Shown here: piece after piece, positions 21,504 through 36,882 of the stretch
How the letters are laid out: each line of letters begins with the position of its first letter
Position numbering within the stretch: position 1 is the stretch's first letter
Assembly: GCF_009914755.1 (NCBI RefSeq)
Contig: NC_060934.1
Source: the human T2T-CHM13v2.0 reference genome, Homo sapiens
Direction: 5' to 3' (one strand)
DNA: 64,000 bases
Program-made: the position numbers and the translations under genes
The notes under the pieces: model-generated
Seen by the model: the letters and a program-made list of their open reading frames with translations, nothing else
Databases searched by the model: none
What the model was told of the DNA's origin: nothing

Positions 21504-21954
21504 GAGCTAGTTTCCTAGGGCTGCTATAACAAAGAACCTCATCCTGGATAACTTTGAACAACAGAAATTTATTGTCTCACTGTTCCAGGGGCTAGGAGTC
21601 CGAAATTAAGGTATGGGTAGAGCCATGCTCTCTCTGAAGACTCCAAGGAAAGATTTGTTCCAGGGGCCTCTCCTAACTATTGGTAGTTCCCTTGGCTTGA
21701 GGCAACATAACTCCAGTCTTCACATGGTGTTCTCCCTGTGTGCATAGCTCTGTGTCCAAATTTCCCCTTTTTATAAGAACATCAGTAATATTGGATTTGG
21801 AGCCCTCTCTATTCCAGTATGACCTCATCTTGACCAATTACATCTGCAACAACCCTCTTTCCAAATAAGGTCACATTCTGAAGTATTGGGATACGGAACT
21901 GAAACATACAAATTCATTGTATTTTTGCGGGGAGGGTACATTTCAACCGATAAC
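21504..21954 (-). mobile_element. MLT1-type MaLR LTR
   Basis: ctagggctgctataacaaa...caacagaaatttattgtctcac...ggtcacattctga motifs. Confidence 0.8.
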
Positions 21955-22654
21955 AGTCACCATCACCCCAGAAGCATCCCATGTAAAAGAACCCAATACA
22001 AAAACATCTACACAAGCTACATATATTAGGGAGGAACTAGGCTTGCCCCCAAAGTAGTCTGCAGTTTTTAAGAGGGGCTTCTGGTCCTAGCAAAGGTGCC
22101 TAGTGGACTCTTCATGGATGATTATCTGCTTGAGGGAGAGGCAAAGCGGGTGTGGGAGAGACTGTGCAGAGGAGGCGGACAATGCCAAAGCCAACATATG
22201 AAAAACCCTGATCTGTTTCAGATTGACCAAAGCTTCCTTTTAAGTTGTCCTGTGAGTCCATAGAAAAGATGTGATTATACAAATTCACTCAAGCACATTC
22301 TTCATCAACACATGCACTCCCTAAGGGAAGGCCCACCTGCATAGTTACACAAAAATGACACTGACAGGTTAGGGGGCTTGCTTGAGAACACAAAGGAAAT
22401 CAATGTCAAAGCCGAAAGCCCCAAACCCTGTGATTACTACTATTATTTTCTACTTTTCTTCCCTTTCTCTGAGCTTTCCTTGCAGAGGTGGCTGAGCATT
22501 AATTCTAGTGTGCAAATGTGGAGGTGGCGAGGCCATTTAAGCTACTTAGGAAAAATTCTTATTTCGCTGGTACCTGCTCTCACCACCATTCTAACATTCA
22601 TAAAAGAATCCTTCTCTGGTTCAAAAGGCACTATTGTTGCCACATGCCAACTGA

Positions 22655-22765
<111 letters not shown>

Positions 22766-23508
22766 TAATAAAATAACAGGGCACCTGAACACAACCCTCT
22801 TTCAATAGAAAACAATGGTAGCTTTCCTTTGCCTCCTTAGTAACTGGCTTTAATACAAGGAATAAATAAATGAGAAAATGTACATCCTTATTACTTTTTA
22901 TGATTAACAGAAAAAAATTCTTTTGTGTTTTGTGAGAGAGCTAAAGTACAGACACTTCAGATTTTTATTATTGTGTTAGAGGGAAGAAAAGTTAACTGTG
23001 ACATTTTTAAGTAGTAGCTAGAATATAGTATTTTCCATCATTGTTATTCAAGGTGCATGACAAGCTCCCTTTTGAATGACTAAGTCTAGGGCAGTTTCTA
23101 TAAAAATGTTTTACATGTATCTTGCATTTTTAATATAATGTATCTTTCATGTACATGCTTAGCAGTTTTAAGTTTTAAACTTATTTCAAAAGGGCCTCTG
23201 CTAATGTTCCTTTCTCAGGGCAGACCTTTATAGATGGAACTTTGGTCCCTAGGTATCTTTTTTTGACATGTTTTCTAGGTTGTTCCATGCTTACAGCAAA
23301 AGCCAAAGAGAAGGAGAAATCAAGGCATGTCTTCAAGTAGACTGAAGTGATTAGAGCAAAGGGAACTGGGGTGGAGGGTGTCAGAAAGAGACACAGTTGA
23401 GGAGACAAGTTGAGGGAAACGCTGGTCATCTCTGAGGGTCAGGCTAAATGTCCTCAAGGGTTTGGAAACAGGAGAGAGACAAGTTCGGCTCTTGTCTTGG
23501 TGAAATAA

Positions 23509-23814
<306 letters not shown>

Positions 23815-25251
23815 TAAAAATCTTACCAATTAGCAATTGAATTTAACCATGCCCACCTTCCTCAAAGCCCGATGCACTATAAGAAAGATTCTTAGCCCTG
23901 ATGTTTATCCCATACCACAGATGAGCCTCACTGAGGGCTTGCCCTGAATACCTCTCAGTGTATTCATTCATTTTAGATGCTCTTGATATGCTTTGGGTAT
24001 GCTAGGGTAAGACCCCTTTGCTAAACCAAAACCTAGCTGGCAACTTGCTTCCTTTCTTTCACACAGAGGGCACAGATCCCTCTGCCAAAAGATTTCCCAG
24101 ACACTACCTGATTTCTGCCCATTCTGTCTGTACTCCTCAGGCAAAGGCTGAGTTTCTTGTTAATCTCTTCCCTTTACCCTGATCAATCTCGCTTCTCATT
24201 CATTATAGCTGTCTATCACTTCTTCCTCATTTCTAATGAAATCCATTTGAAGACATAAAATATAATGTACCTGCCTCTTGAAAGCGACTTGTAATTGGAC
24301 CTTCAGCTTTCTTGGATTTGCAATGTTCCCAACTTGGGATATTAGTCATAAACATGCTGAGTGGTTTTGTTCTCTGGCACGGATACTATTTTGTCTCTTA
24401 GAGACTTATCCATTGACTTTACCCTGTCCATGTATACCAAGCACATCTAATGAGTCCTAGTCCCTTGTTTTATCTAGTTGGTAGCTCTCCAACTATTTTG
24501 AAAGCTTTTTGTAGCATATCAAATTCACCATGCCAAACACCTCACCTCAGTTCTTCATTTAGCGAGTAGAAACGGTGGTATGCAGCAGTTAGGAAGCTTC
24601 ACCCTTGTCTGTAAGTGCCTCTTGCTTTTCACTCATGATATCTCCCTCCCCCTAGAGATAACATTATTGGTCACTTTGCCTTTTCACACTATAGATCCAG
24701 TGATTTTTAAACCAGCTCGAGTTAACAGTACTGTTTGCCTTGCTGGGTGGTGTTGTTGTTGGTTAAATTAAGTGGGCTGCCTTTACCCCCAACTCAGCAT
24801 GATCCGGCTCCATGAGCTTGGAACTTAAAACATGGACAGAACTTAAACACACCTGTATTTTAAAACTTGACTTTTTTTCTAGAGAACATTCAGGGTCTTT
24901 TCCAAACCCCCTGCTCTGAGGCATTGTTCTTGGAATTTTTCTGCCATGCAAAGAAGCTACTTTAGTAGAATATTCTGTATCTATGGGGAAGGGGAGGCAA
25001 TAGTGGTTGAATCTAGATCACCTGGAAACCCATAATTCATACTATCATATGATCAACACAACCAAATTCCATTGCTGTGGAAACAATAGAAGTGTGTGAA
25101 CAGAACACAAAAGAAAAATATGGAGCAGGAACAGGAAAGGTGCAACGCCTTGATTCTGGGTTAATTACATTCTTAGATGGCACTGGATGATTACAGGAAA
25201 AAGATGAGGGTAGCAACTCCAGAGCTTAGTGACTTAGAATGCTACCCACAG

Positions 25252-25556
<305 letters not shown>

Positions 25557-25765
25557 AGAATACCACCCACAGGAGAAAACCACTTGTTCTGAGTGACTGT
25601 TCCAAACGGTAGAGAAAAAAAGCCTGAGTGATGTGCTTATATGTTTTCATCCTCAGTGGTGACCCAGACTCAAGAGGCAAGTTCAAGTTGTGTGAGCTTC
25701 TGGATGTAATCTTGGAAGACCCTCTGGTCTTTTTTAACCCAACTAATTTATTACGGCTTTTCTAG

Positions 25766-26032
<267 letters not shown>

Positions 26033-27966
26033 TAGGCTATGGTCAGTGGGAACACAGAAGTAAATCAAATACAGATGACGTGCTCATGGTGCTGACACTT
26101 GACTAGGAGACAGCTGTAATACAAGACAGAGGGTTCTATGCTGAAGAGAGATGCTTATAAAATACCAGGGGTGCATGAGCTATGGGAGGAGGAGATGACT
26201 TTCAAACAAAAGATCAGGAAGATTTCAGGGACGAGATGACATTAGGCCATACATGATGAGTAAAATTTGGATGTGGGGGATTGCCTTGAGGAGTCTTTCT
26301 GCATTCTTAGCAGAAAGAATAATATGAGCCAAGGTCCTTGGGTGATCAGTTGTGTGCTGTGTATCGATCAGTCTATTGATCAGTAGGAAGCCCTTACTGA
26401 ATGCCTTCTGAGCACTAGTCACTGTACTGTACTGGGCATGGTGGCTAAAGTAATGAGCCTGACATCACCCTGCTGTCAGAGTGCATAGTCTTGTCAGTTA
26501 CCACAGGATAACGCTGCACAAAAGACGTGGTCCGTGTGCTCTGGAAGCAATAGAAAAAGAACAGATTTTCTCTATCAGAGTCAAGGAAGGCTTCTGGGAT
26601 GAAGTGCCATTTGATACATGTATGGGGAATAGTTCAGTGAGGCTGCAACCTAGAGTGCGTGAAAGGCATAGTGGGAGATAAACAGAAGAAAAGGGCCAGC
26701 CCATGATGGGTCTTGAATGCCAAGTTGACTTCATTCTGTAGACAGCATAGGGGAAGCGATGGCTTCTGAGTTGGGAAATCTCAAAACCTGAATTATCCTC
26801 CATTAGTATTAACTGAGCAGCTATATCTGCCATGGACTATAGAGAGAAGAGAATGGAAGTGAGAGATAGGAAGACAGAATGGAGGGTGGGAATGCTGTGT
26901 CATTTCCCAAACTGGGGGTTTTCCGTAAGATGGTGACGTATGTTTATATAAAAGAAACATTCTGGGGTCAAATAAGTTCCGGAAACACCCAGTTAAAATA
27001 AGTTAAACAAGCTTCTTAGCAGAATTCTCAGAGCATTTAGTATGCAGTGGTGCATTGTAAATAGTCAAGTCAGATACAACACATGGCATTTCCCAAGCTC
27101 CTTTGAGCACAGAGTTCTTCTTTCACCAAAATATTTTCATATTTCTGTTTCCTGGGATGCAGTCTTTTATGATAGTTCAGCCAACCAATCAGATGTGTAC
27201 TGAGCATCAGTTATAGGCCTGGCCTTTGCTAGGTACTTTATGATAAGTAAAGTCTAGTAAAGCAGACAAAACAGCTAAAAAGACCAAAGATAAATAAATA
27301 AATAAATAAATAAGTAAAAAAACTATGCAATGGAAATTGAGAGAAAGGAGAGCTCTGCCGTAGCTGAGGTGATCAGAGTGGGCTGTGGGACTTCAGCCAG
27401 GCCTGAACATGATTTCAGTAGGCCGAAAGGAAAGATGGCACTCGAGGTGAAGAAGAGAGCACGAACATGGCGATGGAACAGCACCATTTGCAGGGGGCCA
27501 ATGGGAAGACTGGCTTGACTGGAAGGAAGGTTTCCATCATGGGTTAACGGTGAACTTAGGTAGGCCTTAGGGTTTTTGAGCAATCATTGCCACAAGTGAC
27601 TCTCTTTGTTCTAAGGGGGCTATGGAGAGCTTCCTAAGGGCAGTATTTTTCTAGAACATTGCAATGTCCCTGAAGCCACTTGGGCTGCCTGTGAGCATAG
27701 TAACCTGAGACCAGCTTCACATTGTGTCAGAGTCTTTGTCCCAGCCAAGTGCCATGATTCTATAGTAGAACTGATTGGGGAAATGCTTTCATGTCATTAA
27801 GTGCCGAATGGTGAAACAGAAAGATAAACAGCAATTTAGCTCAATAGAAATAACACTTGTATCCGGAGCATGAGGGATCCAGGAGAAGAAAATTGACTTT
27901 GAGTCCTCCAGAAGCTTTGCTGGTTCAGTCTCGCGGAGGTAAGGTTGGTTGATATTTCTCAAATGA

Positions 27967-28199
<233 letters not shown>

Positions 28200-28659
28200 G
28201 TAAGTCAAAATGCCGTTTCAAAATTTGATGTTTGCTCATCTGCTGTTAAGGAACAATGATTGTCAGTTCATTTCAATAGTTGATAAACTGATGCCAAACA
28301 TTACCAGAGACCAGTTTCCACATATTATTCAGTCGTCTCAACACACAAAAAATGAGGGAGTCATGTCTCTTCCCACAGAAAACCACCGATGACATCCTCA
28401 GGACCTTTTCCGTCTCCTGAGGAAGTTATCTTCTACTTTGCATTTATGTCTCTCACACTCTCACTTCTGTCCTCCAAACACTGTAAAGGGTAATTTTGAT
28501 TCCATATCTATTTTTAGAAGGAAAGTTTGTTGAATTTGATGCTAGCTGTGGCTGTGATTCTGATAGTTGGACATACGTCAAGACCTTGCTAGTCTTCACA
28601 TGGCTGTTAGCTACTTAAATCTGACACACACAGGGGAACACTGTAAAAACACATGCTAA

Positions 28660-28902
<243 letters not shown>

Positions 28903-29601
28903 TAAAGCTCTAATTTCTAAAACTTGATGGGCCCTAAGAGCAAGGCAGCCTCCCTCCCACTTTTTTTTTTAACTTAGAATTTAAATTTTAAAGCTGTTCC
29001 TAAAAATCTCCAAGTCAGCCAAAAACTTGACCATCTTCTCCCTGTCATTGATGTTGTGGCCAAGGAGAGGGGATGATAGATCTCAAGTAAAGCAGTTCCT
29101 GGGGCGGGGGGTGGCATTTTCAGCTATTTTTAAAAATTCCCCCTTGGCTACTCTTTCAGGTCCCAGGACTTGGGATCCACACCAATCTGAGTAGCATGTC
29201 ACTCAGTTTTCCCATGAGTGTAATTATGGACATGCAAGTTGCATGAGACTTAGTTATAGACCAGGAGGGGGTTATTTAGGCTTTAAGTGATACCAAGAGC
29301 ATTTGGTACGATTGATGTAATTTTAACTCTTTTCCATGCCTTCTTCTATGGAATCATTTCCAGCAGAGAAATATGCAGACTGGCCTGATGTGGACAGTTA
29401 CATAACCAATTTAGTCCATTTTTCCCTCTGTTCCCATAGCCTACCATCCGCTACCACATCCCAAGAGGATTTTTCAGTAACTTAAATTTATATTATTCTC
29501 CAAATGTTTTGGACAACCTTTACCTGGACAATATCATCTCAGAAATAGAGGCCAAAAGTCTACTCAGAAAGTACAGTTGAGAGCCAAGGTCAGTTGCCTG
29601 A

Positions 29602-29733
<132 letters not shown>

Positions 29734-30951
29734 TAGGTTGGAGATTTGACTGTTGTGGATTATAAATGGGGCTGGAAGCTTTGAAGAGAACAATTACATC
29801 TTGAAACAGTGTATTTGGCAACACTGACTAGGTTTGGGGCGGGGGAGCTTGGACTGTTGACTGGCTGTTGTTACAAAAAAATCTTTGAGGCAGAAATCAG
29901 GGTCTTGTTGTGCAGAAAAGTCAGCCTGGAGGTGAGCAGGGGGAATAACAGGACCCAAAAGTTCAGGAAGCAGCCATTTCTGACTCCTCTAAGGGAGGAA
30001 GAAGGGGCTGGGATACAGGTGGCCCAAGGACATCATTTCCAATCACTGTACAATGAGTATTTGATGAATGAGTGAAATTAGTGAAGTCAACAAGAATCAG
30101 AGGCCTAAAAGAAGAAAGCACATCAGCTTCTAAGACTTCCAGACACAAGGTTAAAAAAAAACAAAAAACAAAAACTGCTAGTCACAGACACAGACACAAA
30201 AGACTGTGTGGCAGAGAATTTTCTTAAAGCAATCACTGTCTATTTGATATGGCATTTTTTTAAAACACTTTGTAATTTATTTTGATGGAAGATTTCATCT
30301 TCATAAGGGAAGAAAACTCTTTAATGTAAACACTACACATTAATTGTCTTATAAGTTCTAAGAAGGGAGGAACCACACCTTCCATTTTTTTAAATAGTCC
30401 ACAATCTAAGGCTCAATACACACTTGACTGAAACTGTGGACTCCTCCATAACTGAGCTGCTACATTCCTTAATTCATTTATTTGTTCATTATATATTCAT
30501 TGTATAATCATTACACCCTCACTTCCAACAAACGCTGAGCACTCTTTCTTTACTTGGAACCATGGGGTTTTAAAAATTAAAAAACAAAACAAACAAAAAG
30601 GTGACATCATACTTCTGGGGTCATGTAACCTGGTAAGAAAAAGACAGCCACAAAAACAAGTAAATGTAAAATGCATTTTATTTAAAAATGTAACAAATCA
30701 GGTACTCACACAATGTAATAGAAGTCCAGGGGTAGGGGAGATGAATTATAGCAGAGGAATGGGATGTAGGATTTCATGGGCCTTTGTAAGGGTGGTATAA
30801 TTTGAGCTGGGCTTTGGAGGAAGGGTTAGGCTCCTATTGTAGTGACAGAGGAAACAATATTCTAAACAGAAGGAGATAGTCTACTTCAGAGGTGGTGCCA
30901 CGTGACCTAGAATCAGGAGACCCTGCGTGCCCTGCCCTCCTGGCCAGCTGA

Positions 30952-31146
<195 letters not shown>

Positions 31147-31215
31147 TGAACAGGGCAAATCAGTACCAGAAGGAAAAAGATCAGGGTCTTAGATGGAGTC
31201 TGAGAAGTACCCTGA

Positions 31216-31503
<288 letters not shown>

Positions 31504-31708
31504 TGAGGTAATATGTGTAACGTGCTTACAAAGGTGACTGGCACATATTAGGTGCTCAATAAAGCTACTAGTTACTTTTACTTCTACTACAACTGACCAT
31601 GGAATGTTATTCAAGCCCATTTTTTAAAGCCTCAGTTTCATTATCTCAGAAATCGTCACAGCCCTAACTTCCTCATAGAATATTGCAAGAATTAAACATA
31701 ATATGTGG

Positions 31709-31872
31709 TGCTGGGCACGGTGGCTTACACCTGTAATCCCAGCACTTCGGAAGGCCAAGGCAGGAGAATCAATTGAGCCCAGGAATTCAAGGTTACAGTG
31801 TGCTATGATTGCACCACTGCACTCCAGCCTGGAAGACAGAGCGAGACCCTGTCTCAAAAGAAAAACAACAAC
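31709..31872 (+). mobile_element. Alu monomer (FAM/FRAM-like)
   Basis: About 150-bp single arm with an A/CAA-rich tail. Confidence 0.8.
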
Positions 31873-31920
31873 AGACCACCCCTAATATTATATGGGTATG
31901 CACTAAGTATGTTGTTTTTT
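31859..31920 (-). ncRNA. MIR4483: pre-miR-4483 hairpin; mature GGGGUGGUCUGUUGUUG at 31866-31882
   Basis: Reverse complement equals the recalled miR-4483 sequence; terminal arms AAAAACAACA / TGTTGTTTTT are complementary. Confidence 0.8.
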
Positions 31921-32507
31921 CAAGGACTAGCTATTGTCCTGCATATCACTGCAGTCTTCATGTGTTAATTCCTTCCCTGGTCTACTTTTCTTTCTAACTA
32001 GCCCTGTGACCTTAGGAAATTCACTGCCTTCTCTGGGCTTCAGCTTATTCTCACTAAAGTGAGAGGCTGGTTTTCAAACTGTGCTTCTTGCATCCCCAGG
32101 ATGGAGGTGAAAGGAGAGGAGAGGAAGGAGAGAGTATGCTGGGTCTTCAACTGGAGAAGCTTACATTTATCTTTTATCTTTTATGAAAAAAAGATTAGTC
32201 CAAAATATTGGACTTTCCTGTTAGCTTTCCTTAAAAAACAGTTCTTTGGCTTCAAATTTCTGAAAACCATTGTATTAGATGATTTCCAAATTTCTTCCAG
32301 CTCTAGGAATTTTGTGATTGTGTAGCATATCTATATTAAGAACACATCTTATCTCTTCTGCACTACGTAATAATCCCATTGGTCACACAAATTGTGCCAT
32401 CCCTATTACTCATTACCCTAAATGAGTAATTCCAGTGAGGATAAGTGAATGAGTTGTCTAAGATATATAACTAGTTAGTGGCAGGGCAAGTACACATTCG
32501 TTCACTT

Positions 32508-32799
32508 TCTTTTTTTTTTTTTTTTTTTTTGAGACGGAGTCTCGCTCTTTCGCCCAGGCTGGAGTGCAGTGGCGCAAACTCGGCTCACTGCAAGCTCCGC
32601 CTGCCGGATTCACACCATTCTCCTGCCTCAGCCTCCTGAGTAGCTGGGACTACAGGCGCCGGCCACTACGCCCAGCTAATTTTTTGTATTTTTAGTACAA
32701 ACGGGGTTTCACCGTGGTCTCAATCTCCTGACCTCGTGATCCGCCCGCCTCGGCCTCCCAAAGTGCTGGGATTACAGGCGAGAGCCACTGCGCCCGGCC
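32508..32799 (-). mobile_element. AluY with a 12-bp left-arm deletion (AluYd-like)
   Basis: AluY diagnostics; TTTCACCGTGGTCTC lacks the TTAGCCAGGATG segment. Confidence 0.85.
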
Positions 32800-33157
32800 C
32801 ATTCACTATTTATTGAGCATCTGCTGGGTGCTGTATACTGTGCTAAATTCAAGAGCTACAAAAATGGCCTCAGCCTGAGCTGAAGCTCACAGATTAGTGG
32901 ATGAAGCAGGCATGTTATGTGCTACTTGCTATACAGTGTGTGCCCTGAGATATGAACACAGGGCCATAGGATCACAGAGGTAGAATGGAGTAAATCTACA
33001 TGAAGGAGGCCAGGAAGGTGTCTCAAAGAAAGTGGTGTTTGGCTTAGGTTTTGAAGACTGGATAGGAGACTGCATGGTGGAAAAGAAGTAGATTTCAGGG
33101 CCCTAGTCCAACAATCTGGTAACTATAGTACATTTTCTCTGCCAAAGATCCACACTG

Positions 33158-33545
<388 letters not shown>

Positions 33546-34470
33546 TTAATTCAGAAGCCAAGAAAAGGGTTTTTGCCTGTGAGCAGATCCAGGAACTGTA
33601 CCTGGGTGTTGCTGACTGCAGTTTATCCTGACTGCCTTTCTAGACTGTGGAGTCATTGCATTTCTCTTGTGCTCGTTCTGCCTTCCCTTTCTAATTGATA
33701 ACAGCCCCTACATGCTATTGAGAAATATGCAGTATTCATCTTCATGATTATCTGGAAGATAGAAAATTCCCTTACTTTCTCACTGCCTCCATTCCTGATT
33801 TCTTTGTGTTGATGGGTATCCACTGCTCTTTTAAAATTCAAACACATAGTCCCTGGAAGGAAAAAGAATATTGGAAAAGGGAGATATGGAACCAAAGGAA
33901 GAACAGCCATTGGCCCTTGATGTTTTAAAGTGCCTGAGCCAATCTCATTTACTCTCCTTCCTGTTATGCTACAGATGAGGGAAGTGGAGGTTGGGGTGGG
34001 GATGGGGCAGGGATTGGGAGGGGAGAGAACTGAGATTTTCAAGGGAAGGGGAGAAGGTGTGTGCAGGGGAAGGACATGACAGGTTGCAGGAGAAACTGAT
34101 CAAGTTTAAGTTTCCTCCCAATCTTGTCTGGGGGAGTCCTGTCTGGTGGTTTCATTTTGATTCACTTGTTTGAAGAGGCCTTTTTAATTCTTGGTGCAAT
34201 TGGACCCCTTAGAGCACCATCAATGCTACCTGGATCCTTCCTTAAAAGCTCAGCTTCCTTTTCAGGCCATGGATGCCAGAAAATAAAAATCCACCTTCCA
34301 CCTAACTAGCCAAGTAAGTCATCCCTGTCTATTTCTGGCCCAGATATTACAGTTCACTGCAGGACTTTCTTCAATACCAGCTCCCAAGGGTATGAATGAG
34401 GACAGATTGGGAAGCAACAAGCTTAAAGATAATCTTTAGCCATTTAACTTTCTTCTTTCTTGTGTTTTAG

Positions 34471-34650
34471 AAATTAAAGCTTACCATCGGCAGGATCCCA
34501 AATTCAGAGACATTCCATGCCGCATCCTGTATGTGTCCCTCAAAATGCCAAAGTGCTGCACCTTCTCAGCTGGATAAGCCTAGACTGAACAGAGCTCCCA
34601 AGAGGAGTCCGGCCATTAAAAAGAGCCAGCAGAAAGGAGCCAGGGAGTAA
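34471..34650 (+). CDS. PLEKHS1: PLEKHS1 last coding exon, KLKLTIGR...QQKGARE*
   Basis: Long pyrimidine tract plus ttttag acceptor; 59 codons then TAA at 34648-34650. Confidence 0.93.
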   Translation, partial: KLKLTIGRIPNSETFHAASCMCPSKCQSAAPSQLDKPRLNRAPKRSPAIKKSQQKGARE

Positions 34651-35051
34651 CGCACCCCAGACCCATGGCAGCAGAACCAGGATGGAGCTGGGACTGTCCA
34701 GCTCTGCCCCCTGCTGCTGCCATGTGATAGGAGACAGTCGGCACCCCCCTCTGAATTTCTGTATCTGCATCTTAACAATGGGGATGACTATCCCCTCTCT
34801 GGTTATTGTATCAGAGATGTTAAGAGGGTCATGTGGCATGATTGGAGAACCTGGGGGAATTGGAAGGCCTTATTATCTCAGCTATTGTCCCAAACACCAC
34901 AGACACAGATTGGGTCAGTCCTTCATGTAATACATGCTGTGTTCTGTGAGGATGTGGTCCACACAATTCCTTCTTTGTTAAGGGACATACAGTTGCAAAT
35001 ACTCACTGCAAGAAGGCAAGATTCCCAAGGGAGATGTGATAGCTGATCAGG

Positions 35052-35467
35052 CTTCCCAGACACCTCCTTCCCAAACACCTCCTTCCCAACACCTCCTTCC
35101 CCAACACCTCCTTCCCCAACACCTCCTTCCCCAACACTTCCTTCCCAACACCTCCTTCCCAAACCCCTCCTTCCCCAACATCCTTCCCAACACCTCCTTC
35201 CCAAACACCTCCTTCCCAAACACCTCCTTCCCAAACACCTCCTTCCCAACACCTCCTTCCCCAACACCTCCTTCCCAAACACCTCTTTCCCAAACACCTC
35301 CTTCCCAGACACCTCCTTCCCAACACCGCCTTCCCAACACCTCCTTCCCAAACCCCTTTCCCAAACACCTCCTTCCCCAACACCTCCTTCCCAACACCTG
35401 CTTCCCCCTTCCCCAACACCTCCTTCCCCAACACCTCCTTCCCAAACATCCCCTTCCCAAACACCTG
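35052..35467 (+). repeat. VNTR of about 28 units of 14-15 bp, CACCTCCTTCCC(C/A)AA, in the PLEKHS1 3' UTR
   Basis: Units counted by eye; variant units present (cccaa, ccccaa, cccaaa, cccaga). Confidence 0.95.
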
Positions 35468-36059
35468 CCTCTCTTCAACCCCACAGGCCAGAGTGCTGAG
35501 ACAGAGTGGCCTTTTGGATTCAATAAGTATCTTGTTCTCTTAAAGACTCAGCAACGATTTTAGAAGTCGCAGCAGTTTTACATCACATGCAGCCAAGATC
35601 AGCTTGCTCTACAAGCAATAACAGAACTACTTAGCACTTCAAGGTTGAAAGTTCTTCACTAATGGATCCATTGACTAATTGATCCTGGAAGGCCAAAGGA
35701 ATAAAATTCTTTTATATAAATAGGAAAACAAAGGCAGAGAGCTAAAGCACTAATCAAATCGGGGGGTGTTAGAGCAAAAACAGGCTTCAGAAAGAGTATT
35801 TTACCACGCTTCACATGGAAAAAATCGAGCCCCGGAGAGATGAAAGGCATATTTTCTTTGTTTCTCCAAGTTTCATAACCGTTCAGTTGCAGAACCAAGA
35901 ATCTAAAACCAGCTCTGGGAAACAAATGTCCAGATGCCAGCCTCATAGTTGAACTTGGATTTGAAAATACCTTCAGCACTTAGAAGAGACATTCAAATAC
36001 ATTTCATTTCCTGTTATCCAGATTGTTCGGAAAGTATTAAAAATTTTTCATTTACCTGC

Positions 36060-36460
36060 TGATACGGTTTGGATCTGTGTCCCTAACAAATCCCATGTCG
36101 AGCTGTGGTCCCCGGTGTTGGAGATGGAGCCTGGTGGGAGGCAGCTGGATCGTGAGGTCATGGGGGTGGAGTTCTCACGAAGGAGTTAGCATCATCCCCT
36201 TGGCGCTATTCTCGTGAGAGTAAGTTCTCGTGAGATCTGGTTGTTTAAAAGTGTGCAGCACCTCTCCGCTCACTCTCTTCCTCCTGCTCCTGCCGTGTAA
36301 GATGCCTGCTCCATCTGCCGCAAGTGAAAGCTTCCTGAGGTCTCCCCGGAAGCAGATGCTGCCACGCTTCCTGTACAGCCTGCAGAACTGTGGACCAATC
36401 AAACCTCTTTTCTTATAAATTACCTGGTCTTGGGGATTTCTTTATTTAATGTGAGAACGC
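36060..36460 (+). mobile_element. MaLR solo LTR (MST-like) in the 3' UTR
   Basis: TGATACGGTTTGGATCTGTGTCCC start; AAACCTCTTTTCTTATAAATTACC near the end. Confidence 0.85.
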
Positions 36461-36581
36461 ATGCCCTTTTGGATCTACTGTTTCTACTTTTATAAATTTA
36501 TCCTGCAGAAATACACAAATACACAAAGATACATGTAAAAAAAGTAGTTTACTGCAGTACTGTTTGTAATAATAAAAAATC

Positions 36582-36882
36582 AGGCTGGACGTGGTGGTTC
36601 ATGCCTATAATTCCAACCCTTTGGGAGGCCGGGACAGGTGGATCACCTGAGGTCTGAAGCTCGAGAACAACCTGACCAACATGGAGAAACCCTGTCTCTA
36701 CTAAAAATACAAAACTAGCTGGGCATTGTGGCACATGCCTGCAATCCCAGCTACTTGAGAGGCTGGGGCAGGAGAATCACTAGAACCGGGAGGCGGAAGT
36801 TGCAGTGAGCCAAGATCATGCCATTGCACTCCAGCCTGGGCAACAAGAGGAAAACCCAGTCTCAAAAAAACAAAAAAAAAAA
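36582..36882 (+). mobile_element. AluS (Sp/Sq-like)
   Basis: Full dimer, TSD aaaaaatca. Confidence 0.92.

Noticed and set aside
35052-35467. CRISPR-like array
   Set aside because: Contiguous tandem units with no unique spacers, no cas genes, and human DNA.
34923-35563. Long repetitive ORFs on both strands (GKEVL, GRRCW, PQHLL repeats; up to 175 aa)
   Set aside because: Artefacts of a stop-free VNTR in the 3' UTR.
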